A DNA stretch of 34,167 nt from Betaproteobacteria bacterium (GTDB lineage Bacteria; Pseudomonadota; Gammaproteobacteria; Burkholderiales; JACQAP01). The stretch is from assembly GCA_043758735.1 (NCBI GenBank), contig JAYVMZ010000346.1:1-34167 (forward strand), in the 5' to 3' direction. The notes under the pieces were generated by a model. It ran no database searches. It saw nothing but the letters and a program-made list of their open reading frames with translations, and was not told where the DNA came from. The position numbers were made by a program, and so were the translations under genes. This document shows, piece after piece, positions 26,494 to 34,167 of the stretch. Within the stretch, counting starts at the first letter, position 1. Each line of letters starts with the position of its first letter.

Positions 26494-27036
26494 ATGAAAT
26501 CCGTCTGGATTTTGATCGTTGGCTGTGCATTGCTGGCGGCTTGCAGCGGCAACAGCAATATCTTCAGCAAGAAACAGTCCGCAACCGCGATTCTGGCCCC
26601 AACCAAGGGCAATTCGGTCAGCGGCACCGTCAACTTCACCCAGAAGGGCGACATGGTGCTGGTCGAAGCCAAGATTAACGGCCTCAAGCCCAATGGCACA
26701 AATGGCATCCATATCCACGAGAAGGGCAATTGCAGCGCGGCGGATGGTTCCAGCGCCGGCGGCCATTTCAATCCTTCCTCATCCCTGCACGGCGGCCCCG
26801 CCGGCACAACGCGCCATGGCGGCGATCTTGGCAACCTGAAAGCCGATGCAAACGGGTACGCGCAGATGTCGGTCGAAGTCGGCGGCATTTCGCTAGGCAC
26901 CGAGCCCAACAGCGTCACCGGCCGTGCGGTGATCGTGCATGCCGGCACAGATGATCTGAAGTCCCAGCCGGCCGGGAATTCCGGCGCGCGCGTGGCCTGC
27001 GGCCTGATCAGCAAGAATCTGGACAAGTTCTTCTGA
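26494..27036 (+). CDS. sodC: Cu/Zn superoxide dismutase lipoprotein
   Basis: Lipobox [51 protein letters not shown]; RBS GGGAG. Confidence 0.93.
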   Translation: MKSVWILIVGCALLAACSGNSNIFSKKQSATAILAPTKGNSVSGTVNFTQKGDMVLVEAKINGLKPNGTNGIHIHEKGNCSAADGSSAGGHFNPSSSLHGGPAGTTRHGGDLGNLKADANGYAQMSVEVGGISLGTEPNSVTGRAVIVHAGTDDLKSQPAGNSGARVACGLISKNLDKFF

Positions 27037-27070
27037 GCTTCGCGAGCCGCGGCCGGCCACCGAACCTCAG

Positions 27071-27763
27071 TTGATTCCCTGGCTCGGGGAGGACGATCGT
27101 TTCCCGCCGGTCGAACAAGCCGCCGCGGAGCCCAATGGCCTGCTTGCCGCGGGCGGTGACCTTTCGGCGGCACGGCTGGTCGAAGCCTACGGCAACGGCA
27201 TTTTCCCCTGGTTCAACGAAGGCCAGCCGATACTCTGGTGGAGTCCCGACCCGCGCATGGTGCTGTTCCCTGACGAGCTGAAAGTTTCACGGTCGCTGGC
27301 CAAGACCCTGCGCACTACCCGCTTCGAAGTCCGCGCCGACACCGTTTTTCGTGACGTAATGCAGAATTGCCGCATGCCACGGCGGGATCAGGCCGGCACC
27401 TGGATCACTGCGCCCATGGTCGAAGCCTACTGCGCATTGCACCGGGCGGGGATCGCGCACAGCGTGGAAACCTGGCTGGACGGCGAACTGGTCGGCGGCC
27501 TGTACGGTATGGCCCTGGGGCGCGCTTTCTTTGGCGAATCCATGTTCATGCGCGCCACCGACGCCTCCAAGGTCGCGCTGGTCACGCTGGTGCGCCAGCT
27601 CGAGCGCTGGGGTTTCGGTCTGGTGGACTGCCAGATGAATACGGGCCACCTTGCCTCGTTCGGGGCGCGCGAAATAGCGCGTAGCGATTTCACGCGCCGG
27701 CTGCGGGAATTGATACACTATCCACCGGTTCCGGCACCCTGGCACCTGGCGCCAGTGCGATAA
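27071..27763 (+). CDS. aat: Leucyl/phenylalanyl-tRNA--protein transferase
   Basis: [10 protein letters not shown], AYxx[43 protein letters not shown]. Confidence 0.95.
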   Translation: MIPWLGEDDRFPPVEQAAAEPNGLLAAGGDLSAARLVEAYGNGIFPWFNEGQPILWWSPDPRMVLFPDELKVSRSLAKTLRTTRFEVRADTVFRDVMQNCRMPRRDQAGTWITAPMVEAYCALHRAGIAHSVETWLDGELVGGLYGMALGRAFFGESMFMRATDASKVALVTLVRQLERWGFGLVDCQMNTGHLASFGAREIARSDFTRRLRELIHYPPVPAPWHLAPVR

Positions 27764-27774
27764 ACAAACCGGCG

Positions 27775-28524
27775 ATGACTCAGCTCAACGACCTGCCCTT
27801 CTCGGTATTGCAGTTCTACGCGACTGCGCCCTACCCGTGCAGCTACCTGCCCGACAAGCTTGCGCGCTCGCAGGTCGCGACGCCGAGCCATGCCATCGAC
27901 AGCCAGGTCTACAGCGAGCTCGTCAAGGTCGGCTTCCGCCGCAGCGGCGCCTTTACCTACCGTCCCTACTGCGATCATTGCCGCGCCTGCGTGCCGGTGC
28001 GCATCGTCACCGCGGACTTTGTCGCCAACCGTTCGCAGCGCCGCGCCCATGCGCGCCATGACCGGCTGGAGGCACGCATGCTCGAACTCAAGTACCACCC
28101 CGAGCACTACGCGTTATACCTGCGCTACCAATCGCATCGCCACAGCGGCGGCGGCATGGACCACGACAGCCGCGAGCAATACCGGCATTTCCTCCTGCAA
28201 AGCAATGTGCGCTCAAGCCTGGTCGAGTTCCGCGAGGAGGGCAGGCTGCGCATGGTCAGCATCGTCGACCGGCTCGAAGATGGCCTGTCATCGGTCTATA
28301 CGTTTTTCGAGCCTGAGGTCGCCGGCGCCAGCCTCGGCACTTTCAACGTCGTCTGGCAGATCGAGCTGTGCCGGCGGCTGGGCCTGCCCTACCTCTATCT
28401 CGGTTACTGGATCGCGCAGAGCCGCAAAATGGCCTACAAGGTCAACTTCCAGCCGCTGGAAGGCCTGATCGACGGGCAGTGGCGGCGACTAGCCCGCGAC
28501 GCCTCGCCTCCCGAGGCGGTTTGA
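27775..28524 (+). CDS. bpt: Bacterial ATE-family aminoacyl transferase (Bpt, Asp/Glu leucyltransferase)
   Basis: PYPCSYL, GFRRSG, YRPYCxxCxAC, RHxx[28 protein letters not shown]; adjacent to aat. Confidence 0.92.
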   Translation: MTQLNDLPFSVLQFYATAPYPCSYLPDKLARSQVATPSHAIDSQVYSELVKVGFRRSGAFTYRPYCDHCRACVPVRIVTADFVANRSQRRAHARHDRLEARMLELKYHPEHYALYLRYQSHRHSGGGMDHDSREQYRHFLLQSNVRSSLVEFREEGRLRMVSIVDRLEDGLSSVYTFFEPEVAGASLGTFNVVWQIELCRRLGLPYLYLGYWIAQSRKMAYKVNFQPLEGLIDGQWRRLARDASPPEAV

Positions 28525-28574
28525 CGTTTCGCATCGCGGTTCCCGCAACGGCGCGCCCTGGCACGCGACCCTGA

Positions 28575-29606
28575 ATGCTTTATCGCCTCGTCCGACCCTT
28601 CCTGTTCAAGCTTGACCCGGAACACGCGCACCGCGCCACATTGCACGCACTCGATCTTGCGCATCGCGCCGGGTTGACCGGAATGGTCTCCGGCCGGCCC
28701 GCGTCTTCGCCGCGCACGGTCATGGGCCTGGAATTCCCCAATCCGGTGGGGCTTGCCGCCGGACTGGACAAGAACGGCGACCATATCGATGCGCTTGGCG
28801 CGCTCGGATTCGGCTTTATCGAAATTGGCACCGTCACGCCGCGGCCGCAGCCCGGCAATCCGCGCCCGCGCATGTTCCGGCTTGCGAAGGCAAACGCGAT
28901 CATCAACCGCATGGGCTTCAACAACGACGGCGTGGAACGCCTGGTGATGAACGTATCGGGAGCGCGCTATCGCGGCATCCTCGGCATCAACATCGGCAAG
29001 AACTTCGATACGCCCATCGAACGCGCGGCGGACGACTACCTGTATTGCATGCGCAGGGTCTATGCGACGGCGAGCTACATTACGGTCAACATTTCTTCGC
29101 CAAATACGGCCAATCTGCGCCAATTGCAACAGGCAGGAGAACTCGACCGCCTGCTGGCCGCACTCGCCGGGGAACGCCGCAAACTGGCCGACCAGCACGG
29201 CAAACGCGTTGCGCTGGCCGTCAAGATCGCGCCCGACCTGACCGCGGCCGATATCGCCGGCATGGCAGCGTTATTCCTGGAACATGGCATTGACGCGGTC
29301 ATTGCCACCAACACGACGATCGACCGGCACGGCGTCGCAGGCCTGCGGGATGCGGATCAGGCGGGCGGATTAAGCGGTGCACCGCTGACGGCGCGCTCCA
29401 CGCTAGTCGTCAAGCAATTGGCCGTGGCCCTTGCGGGCCGGCTTCCGATCATCGCCGTCGGCGGCATCCTGTCGGCATCGGACGCACGCGAAAAAATGGC
29501 GGCTGGCGCGAGCCTGGTGCAGATCTATAGCGGGCTGGTGTATGGCGGTCCCGCCTTGATCGGCAAAGTTGCCGAAGCGCTGGCGGAATTACCTGCAAAA
29601 GCCTGA
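28575..29606 (+). CDS. pyrD: Quinone-dependent dihydroorotate dehydrogenase (class 2)
   Basis: [54 protein letters not shown]. Confidence 0.96.
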   Translation: MLYRLVRPFLFKLDPEHAHRATLHALDLAHRAGLTGMVSGRPASSPRTVMGLEFPNPVGLAAGLDKNGDHIDALGALGFGFIEIGTVTPRPQPGNPRPRMFRLAKANAIINRMGFNNDGVERLVMNVSGARYRGILGINIGKNFDTPIERAADDYLYCMRRVYATASYITVNISSPNTANLRQLQQAGELDRLLAALAGERRKLADQHGKRVALAVKIAPDLTAADIAGMAALFLEHGIDAVIATNTTIDRHGVAGLRDADQAGGLSGAPLTARSTLVVKQLAVALAGRLPIIAVGGILSASDAREKMAAGASLVQIYSGLVYGGPALIGKVAEALAELPAKA

Positions 29607-29702
29607 CTGCGTTATTTCCTTAGTCCCAGCTTGCATAAGATATCGAGCATGGGGCGTTATAATCCACGGCTTTGTCCGAGCTGTTTCCCTGACCAAAGCC
29701 GC

Positions 29703-32700
29703 ATGAATATCAGTGCCGACCTTCCGCAATTGAAGCTCCAGTTCGATTTATGTTTCGAGGACCTCTATCGCCGCGATGGCCTGCTGCGGGTAGATGCCGC
29801 CTTCCTGCAATTTCTGGATGAAGCAGACCCGGCTCTAAAAGAGCGTCTGCAACAACTGCGCAGCGCCCAGGACAAGCTGCCGCCAAAACAGGAATCGGAA
29901 TTCCTGATCGCCGTGGCCAGCCATCTCGACGATTTCGTTGCCCGCCTGTTCGCCATTGAAGACGAAGTCGATGCGCTGGCCGCGCGCCATTTCGAACTCG
30001 CCCCGCTGTATTCCTGCAAGCGGCTGTTCGTGCAGCGCAAGGCCGTCAACACCTACAAGGCCGAGGCTGCCGCGGGCCTCGATGGCAGCCGCCTCGAAGC
30101 GCAACTCGCTGCATGGTTCGACGCGAAATTCAGCGAACTGGAGTTCGCGAGCCACGTCACCAGGTGGCAGAAGGACGAAGCTGCCAATGCGGACAAGCTC
30201 GATACGGCGATGCGCTATGCGGCCTGGGCGGTGCATACGCACGACGGGCGGCACAAGCATCATGCGGGCGTGCTGTTCAAGTTGCCGAAGAAACTCGACT
30301 TCCAGCACCTGGTCCCGGTGCAGACCCATGACGAGCATGGCGTTACGGTCCATACGCTCTCGCACATTCGCCAGCGTCACGGCTTCGCGCTGACCGATTC
30401 CGGCACCGACCTGGTGGGTGCCCTGAACGAAACCAACTACTGCATCTGGTGCCATGAACAGGAAAAGGATTCCTGCTCGCATGGATTGAAGGAAAAGACC
30501 GCGTCGCCGGAAGCCAGGCCCGCGTTCAAAAAAACCGTGTTCGGTGTGCCGCTCGCCGGCTGTCCGCTGGAAGAACGCATTTCCGAATTCCAGAAACTGA
30601 AGTCCGAAGGCGTGTCGGTTGGCGCGCTGGCGATGATCACGCTGGACAATCCGATGGCGGCGGCGACCGGCCATCGCATCTGCAACGACTGCATGAAATC
30701 CTGCATCTACCAGAAGCAGGAGCCGGTCAATATTCCGCAGGCCGAGACCCGCACCCTGAAAGATGTCCTGGAATTGCCCTGGGGCTTCGAGGTCTACTCC
30801 CTGCTCACGCGCTGGAATCCTCTCGACCTGAAGCGGCCCTTCCCGCATGCGCCGAGCGGCCGCCGCGTGCTGATCGCTGGAATGGGTCCCGCAGGTTTCA
30901 CGGTCGCCCATCACCTGATGAATGACGGCCATAGCGTGGTGGGCGTGGACGGACTCAAGATCGAACCGCTGCCGGCGCAGCTCTCCGGCGTCGATGCGGC
31001 AGGCACTCGCGTCGCCTTTGAACCCATCCATGACGTCGAATCGCTTTACGAATCCCTGGACGACCGCATCATGGCTGGCTTTGGCGGCGTTGCCGAGTAC
31101 GGCATCACGGTGCGCTGGGACAAGAATTTCCTGAAGGTGATCCGCCTGCTGTTGCAGCGTCGCGCGGAGTTCGCCCTGTTCGGCGGTGTGCGCTTCGGCG
31201 GCACGCTGGAAGTCGACGACGCTTTCGCGCTCGGCTTCGATCACGTCGTGCTGGCAGCCGGCGCCGGCCGGCCGACCGTGCTCGACATCCCCAATGGCCT
31301 TGCTCCCGGCGTACGCACCGCTTCCGACTTCCTGATGGCGCTGCAGCTCACCGGTGCGGCGAAAAACGATTCCATCGCCAACATGCAATTGCGGCTGCCG
31401 GTGGTCGTGATCGGTGGCGGCCTGACGGCGGTCGATACCGCGACTGAATCGCTGGCGTACTACCCGTTGCAGGTGGAAAAATTCCTGCGCCGCTATGAAA
31501 CGCTGTGCACGGAAGGCAATGAAGAAAAAGTGCGCGCCGCCTGGACATTACCCGAGCGGCAGATCGCGGACGAGTTCCTCGCACATGCGCGGGCCATCCG
31601 CGCCGAGCGCGCCACTGCGGCCGATGCCGGTCGCGAAGCGCGTGTCCTCGAGTTGCTGAAATCCTGGGGTGGCGTCACGCTGGCCTACCGCAAGCGCATG
31701 ATCGACAGCCCCTCGTATACGCTGAACCACGAAGAAATCGAAAAGGCGCTGGAAGAAGGCATCCGCTTTGCCGAGAACCTCACACCAGCCGCGGTCGTGG
31801 TCGACGAGTTCGGCTATACGAGCGGGCTGACGGTGACCGGCATCAGGCCGAACGCCGATAAATTCGATGTCACCCTGCCCGCACGTAGCGTGCTGGTCGC
31901 CGCGGGCACGCAGCCCAACACGGTGCTCGCGCGCGAAGATGCGCGCAACTTCGCGCTGGACGGCCGTTATTTCCAGGCCTGCGACGAATCCGGCACGCCG
32001 GTCAAGCCGGAGCGCAGCGCCAAACCGGCAACGCCGCAGGTGCTATTGTCGCGCCGCGAGGACGGCCGCTTCGTGAGTTTCTTCGGCGACCTGCATCCCT
32101 CCTTCTTCGGCAACGTGGTGAAAGCCATGGGTAGCGCCAAGCTGGGCTACCCGGTGATCAGCAGCGTGCTGGCGAAGGTAAAGCCGGCATCCACGGCCGG
32201 TGATGCCGAATTCTTTGCACGCCTTAACGGCGAATTACGCGCCACGGTGCATGAAGTTATCCGGCTCACGCCGAACATTGTCGAAGTCGTGGTGCGGGCG
32301 CCGCAGGCTGCGAGGAAATTCCGGCCAGGACAGTTCTATCGCCTGCAGAATTTCGAATCGCTGGCCAGATCGGTGGACGGCACCCGCCTGGCCATGGAAG
32401 GCCTGGCACTGACCGGCGCCTGGGTGGATCGCGACAAAGGCCTGGTCTCGACCATCGTGCTGGAAATGGGCGGGTCTTCGGACTTGTGCGCATTGCTCAA
32501 GTCCGGCGAACCCGTGATCCTCATGGGCCCCACCGGTTCGCCGACTGAAATCCACGCCAACGAGACCGTCACATTGGTTGGCGGCGGCCTGGGCAACGCC
32601 GTGCTGTTTTCCATCGGGCAGGCGTTGCGTGCCGCGGGGTCGCGCGTGCTGTATTTTGCCGGCTACAAGAAAATCATCGACCGCTACAAAATCGCCGAAA

Positions 32701-33212
32701 TCGAGGCCGCGGCGGACGTCGTCATCTGGTGCTGCGACGAAGCGCCCGGATTTGTACCGGACCGCTCCGGCGACCGCAGCTTCGTCGGCAACATCGTGCA
32801 GGCGATGGCCGCCTACGCGACCGGCAAGCTGGGCGAACAGGTCATCCCATTCAATGCCGCCGACCGCATCATCGCGATCGGCTCGGATCGCATGATGGCC
32901 GCGGTGGCGGCGGCACGCCATGGCGTCCTGCAGGCTCACCTGAACCCGCATCATTTTGCGATCGGCTCGATCAACTCGCCGATGCAATGCATGATGAAAG
33001 AAATCTGCGCGCAATGCCTGCAACCGCAGGTGGACCCGGCCACTGGCCAACGCACCTATGTGTTCTCCTGTTTCAACCAGGACCAGCCGCTCGACCGCGT
33101 CGATTTCGCCGGCCTCGCCGCGCGGCTCACGCAAAACACCGTGCAGGAAAAACTCACCGCACAATGGATCAACCGTTGCCTGACCCATACCAACCTCCGG
33201 TCTCGGACGTAA
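29703..33212 (+). CDS. Large Fe-S flavoprotein: GltD/NfnB-like domain fused to a PyrK/NfnA-like FNR-2Fe2S domain
   Basis: CIWCH...SC...GCP, GHRICNDCMKSC, GMGPAG, GGVAEYGI, IGGGLTAVD, YRKR; C-terminal PGQFYRL, MGPTG, GGGLG, SPMQCMMKEICAQC...SC. Start set at ATG 29703. Confidence 0.85.
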   Translation: MNISADLPQLKLQFDLCFEDLYRRDGLLRVDAAFLQFLDEADPALKERLQQLRSAQDKLPPKQESEFLIAVASHLDDFVARLFAIEDEVDALAARHFELAPLYSCKRLFVQRKAVNTYKAEAAAGLDGSRLEAQLAAWFDAKFSELEFASHVTRWQKDEAANADKLDTAMRYAAWAVHTHDGRHKHHAGVLFKLPKKLDFQHLVPVQTHDEHGVTVHTLSHIRQRHGFALTDSGTDLVGALNETNYCIWCHEQEKDSCSHGLKEKTASPEARPAFKKTVFGVPLAGCPLEERISEFQKLKSEGVSVGALAMITLDNPMAAATGHRICNDCMKSCIYQKQEPVNIPQAETRTLKDVLELPWGFEVYSLLTRWNPLDLKRPFPHAPSGRRVLIAGMGPAGFTVAHHLMNDGHSVVGVDGLKIEPLPAQLSGVDAAGTRVAFEPIHDVESLYESLDDRIMAGFGGVAEYGITVRWDKNFLKVIRLLLQRRAEFALFGGVRFGGTLEVDDAFALGFDHVVLAAGAGRPTVLDIPNGLAPGVRTASDFLMALQLTGAAKNDSIANMQLRLPVVVIGGGLTAVDTATESLAYYPLQVEKFLRRYETLCTEGNEEKVRAAWTLPERQIADEFLAHARAIRAERATAADAGREARVLELLKSWGGVTLAYRKRMIDSPSYTLNHEEIEKALEEGIRFAENLTPAAVVVDEFGYTSGLTVTGIRPNADKFDVTLPARSVLVAAGTQPNTVLAREDARNFALDGRYFQACDESGTPVKPERSAKPATPQVLLSRREDGRFVSFFGDLHPSFFGNVVKAMGSAKLGYPVISSVLAKVKPASTAGDAEFFARLNGELRATVHEVIRLTPNIVEVVVRAPQAARKFRPGQFYRLQNFESLARSVDGTRLAMEGLALTGAWVDRDKGLVSTIVLEMGGSSDLCALLKSGEPVILMGPTGSPTEIHANETVTLVGGGLGNAVLFSIGQALRAAGSRVLYFAGYKKIIDRYKIAEIEAAADVVIWCCDEAPGFVPDRSGDRSFVGNIVQAMAAYATGKLGEQVIPFNAADRIIAIGSDRMMAAVAAARHGVLQAHLNPHHFAIGSINSPMQCMMKEICAQCLQPQVDPATGQRTYVFSCFNQDQPLDRVDFAGLAARLTQNTVQEKLTAQWINRCLTHTNLRSRT

Positions 33213-33217
33213 CGTTT

Positions 33218-33367
33218 TTCACCACAGAGGCACAGAGGACACAGAGAAAAACGCGCATGGAATCGCGACAAGTTCCCCACAAGCCATCAGAGCCGGTAAA
33301 GTTCATTTTGCGTTGTTGAAATCCTTCTTTGGCTTTTCCTCCGTGCCCTCTGTGCCTCTGTGGTGAA
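33218..33367. repeat. 150-bp element bounded by ~33-bp inverted repeats built from CACAGAG(G) units
   Basis: Left arm TTCACCACAGAGGCACAGAGGACACAGAGAAAA (33218-33250). Reverse complement of the right arm (33334-33367) is TTCACCACAGAGGCACAGAGGGCACGGAGGAAAA. The outer 21 bp are identical. Confidence 0.9.
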
Positions 33368-33399
33368 CCAGATTTGCGGTTTAGTGGTTTAATCCACCC

Positions 33400-34077
33400 G
33401 TGAACTCCGAACTGGCCAATGCAATAGACGCCCTGCTGCCGCAGACGCAGTGCACGAAATGCGGCTACAACGGCTGCCGTCCCTACGCTGACGCGATTGC
33501 CAACGGGGATGCCGACATCAATCAATGCCCGCCCGGCGGCGCCGCGGGGATTCGCAAACTCGCGCAATTGCTTGGCCGCCCGGAAAAGCCGCTCAATTCC
33601 GCGAACGGCCTGGAGAAACCCCGCACCGCCGCCGTGATCGACGAGTCGCGTTGCATCGGCTGCATGCTGTGCATCAAAGCCTGTCCCGTGGATGCCATCG
33701 TCGGCGCCGCGAAACGCATGCACACGGTACTGACCGCCTCCTGTACGGGGTGCGACCTGTGCCTTCCGCCCTGCCCGGTTGACTGCATCGACATGGTGGA
33801 ACTGGATACGCTGGCGCGACGCGGCAACCGCCATGCGGCGGCGCTGGCGACACAATCGGTCGAAGAGATGGCGGTGATCGCACGGGCGCGGTTCGGCTTT
33901 CATGAATTCCGTATTGCGCGAGAAGGGGAAGAGCGCAACGACCGGCTGGCAAAAAAAGCTCGCAACAAGCTCGCCGAACTGCAACAACTCCCCGGCAGCC
34001 ACGACCTCGAACGCAAGAAAGCCGCCGTGCAAGCGGCCATCGAACGTGCGCGCGCTCGCCGCACTGGACAGGCCTAG
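33400..34077 (+). CDS. rsxB: RnfB/RsxB-like polyferredoxin (no N-terminal TM anchor)
   Basis: [18 protein letters not shown], CPPGG, [16 protein letters not shown], [16 protein letters not shown]. Confidence 0.85.
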   Translation: MNSELANAIDALLPQTQCTKCGYNGCRPYADAIANGDADINQCPPGGAAGIRKLAQLLGRPEKPLNSANGLEKPRTAAVIDESRCIGCMLCIKACPVDAIVGAAKRMHTVLTASCTGCDLCLPPCPVDCIDMVELDTLARRGNRHAAALATQSVEEMAVIARARFGFHEFRIAREGEERNDRLAKKARNKLAELQQLPGSHDLERKKAAVQAAIERARARRTGQA

Positions 34078-34167
34078 GAGCCTGTCGGACTCAGCGATAT
34101 TTCGGTCGCCACAGGGCGTTAGATTGCTTTCAAAATTTTCCAGGAAGCCTTTACCGCCTTTAAATGC

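Noticed and set aside
26695-26725. SodC has NGIHIH rather than HGFHIH
   Set aside because: The replaced His is not a metal ligand; all Cu/Zn ligands and the active-site Arg appear intact.
20242-27173. Apparent long N-terminal extensions on roxA, the methyltransferase and sodC in the ORF track
   Set aside because: The extensions overlap real genes on the opposite strand; family similarity begins at internal ATGs (20764, 26327, 26494).
29835-33188. Minus-strand ORFs 29835-31388 and 32235-33188
   Set aside because: Antisense shadows of the large oxidoreductase.
1-34167. CRISPR array, tRNA, rRNA, transposase or integrase
   Set aside because: None recognised by eye; small structured RNAs cannot be excluded without covariance-model searches.

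Overview
GC-rich window that looks betaproteobacterial (inferred from gene content and order), with four blocks. (1) 1-6931, minus strand: a sugar-acid catabolic operon of the D-apionate type, with a type IV RuBisCO-like protein, a DUF1537/OiaK-type kinase and an ApnO-type oxidoisomerase. It also carries a 131-aa unknown protein, an IlvD-family dehydratase and a fused DctQM TRAP permease cut by the left edge. (2) 6965-9615: a decaying zone with a deleted HAD dehalogenase, an intact cytochrome b561, and a PqqU/YncD-like TonB-dependent receptor pseudogene joined to a beta-propeller remnant. (3) 9748-19681: a two-armed PQQ locus. The plus arm is pqqA-pqqBCDE plus an ABC-2 pair; the minus arm is tonB, prolyl aminopeptidase, MoxY-like kinase, NarL-type regulator and a second pqqA. 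The ORF track misses both pqqA genes. Both are preceded by an identical 16-bp box (CTAATGAAAATCATGA) at nearly the same distance from a CAGAAT -10-like hexamer, and both are followed by a terminator hairpin. (4) 19721-34167: mostly housekeeping genes (slyD, bcp, roxA-like, lipoprotein, MBL hydrolase, bamC, dapA, methyltransferase, sodC, aat, bpt/ate, pyrD), then a GltD/NfnB-PyrK/NfnA-like fusion, a 150-bp inverted-repeat element and a stand-alone RnfB-like ferredoxin. All family calls come from recognising motifs by eye; no searches were run.
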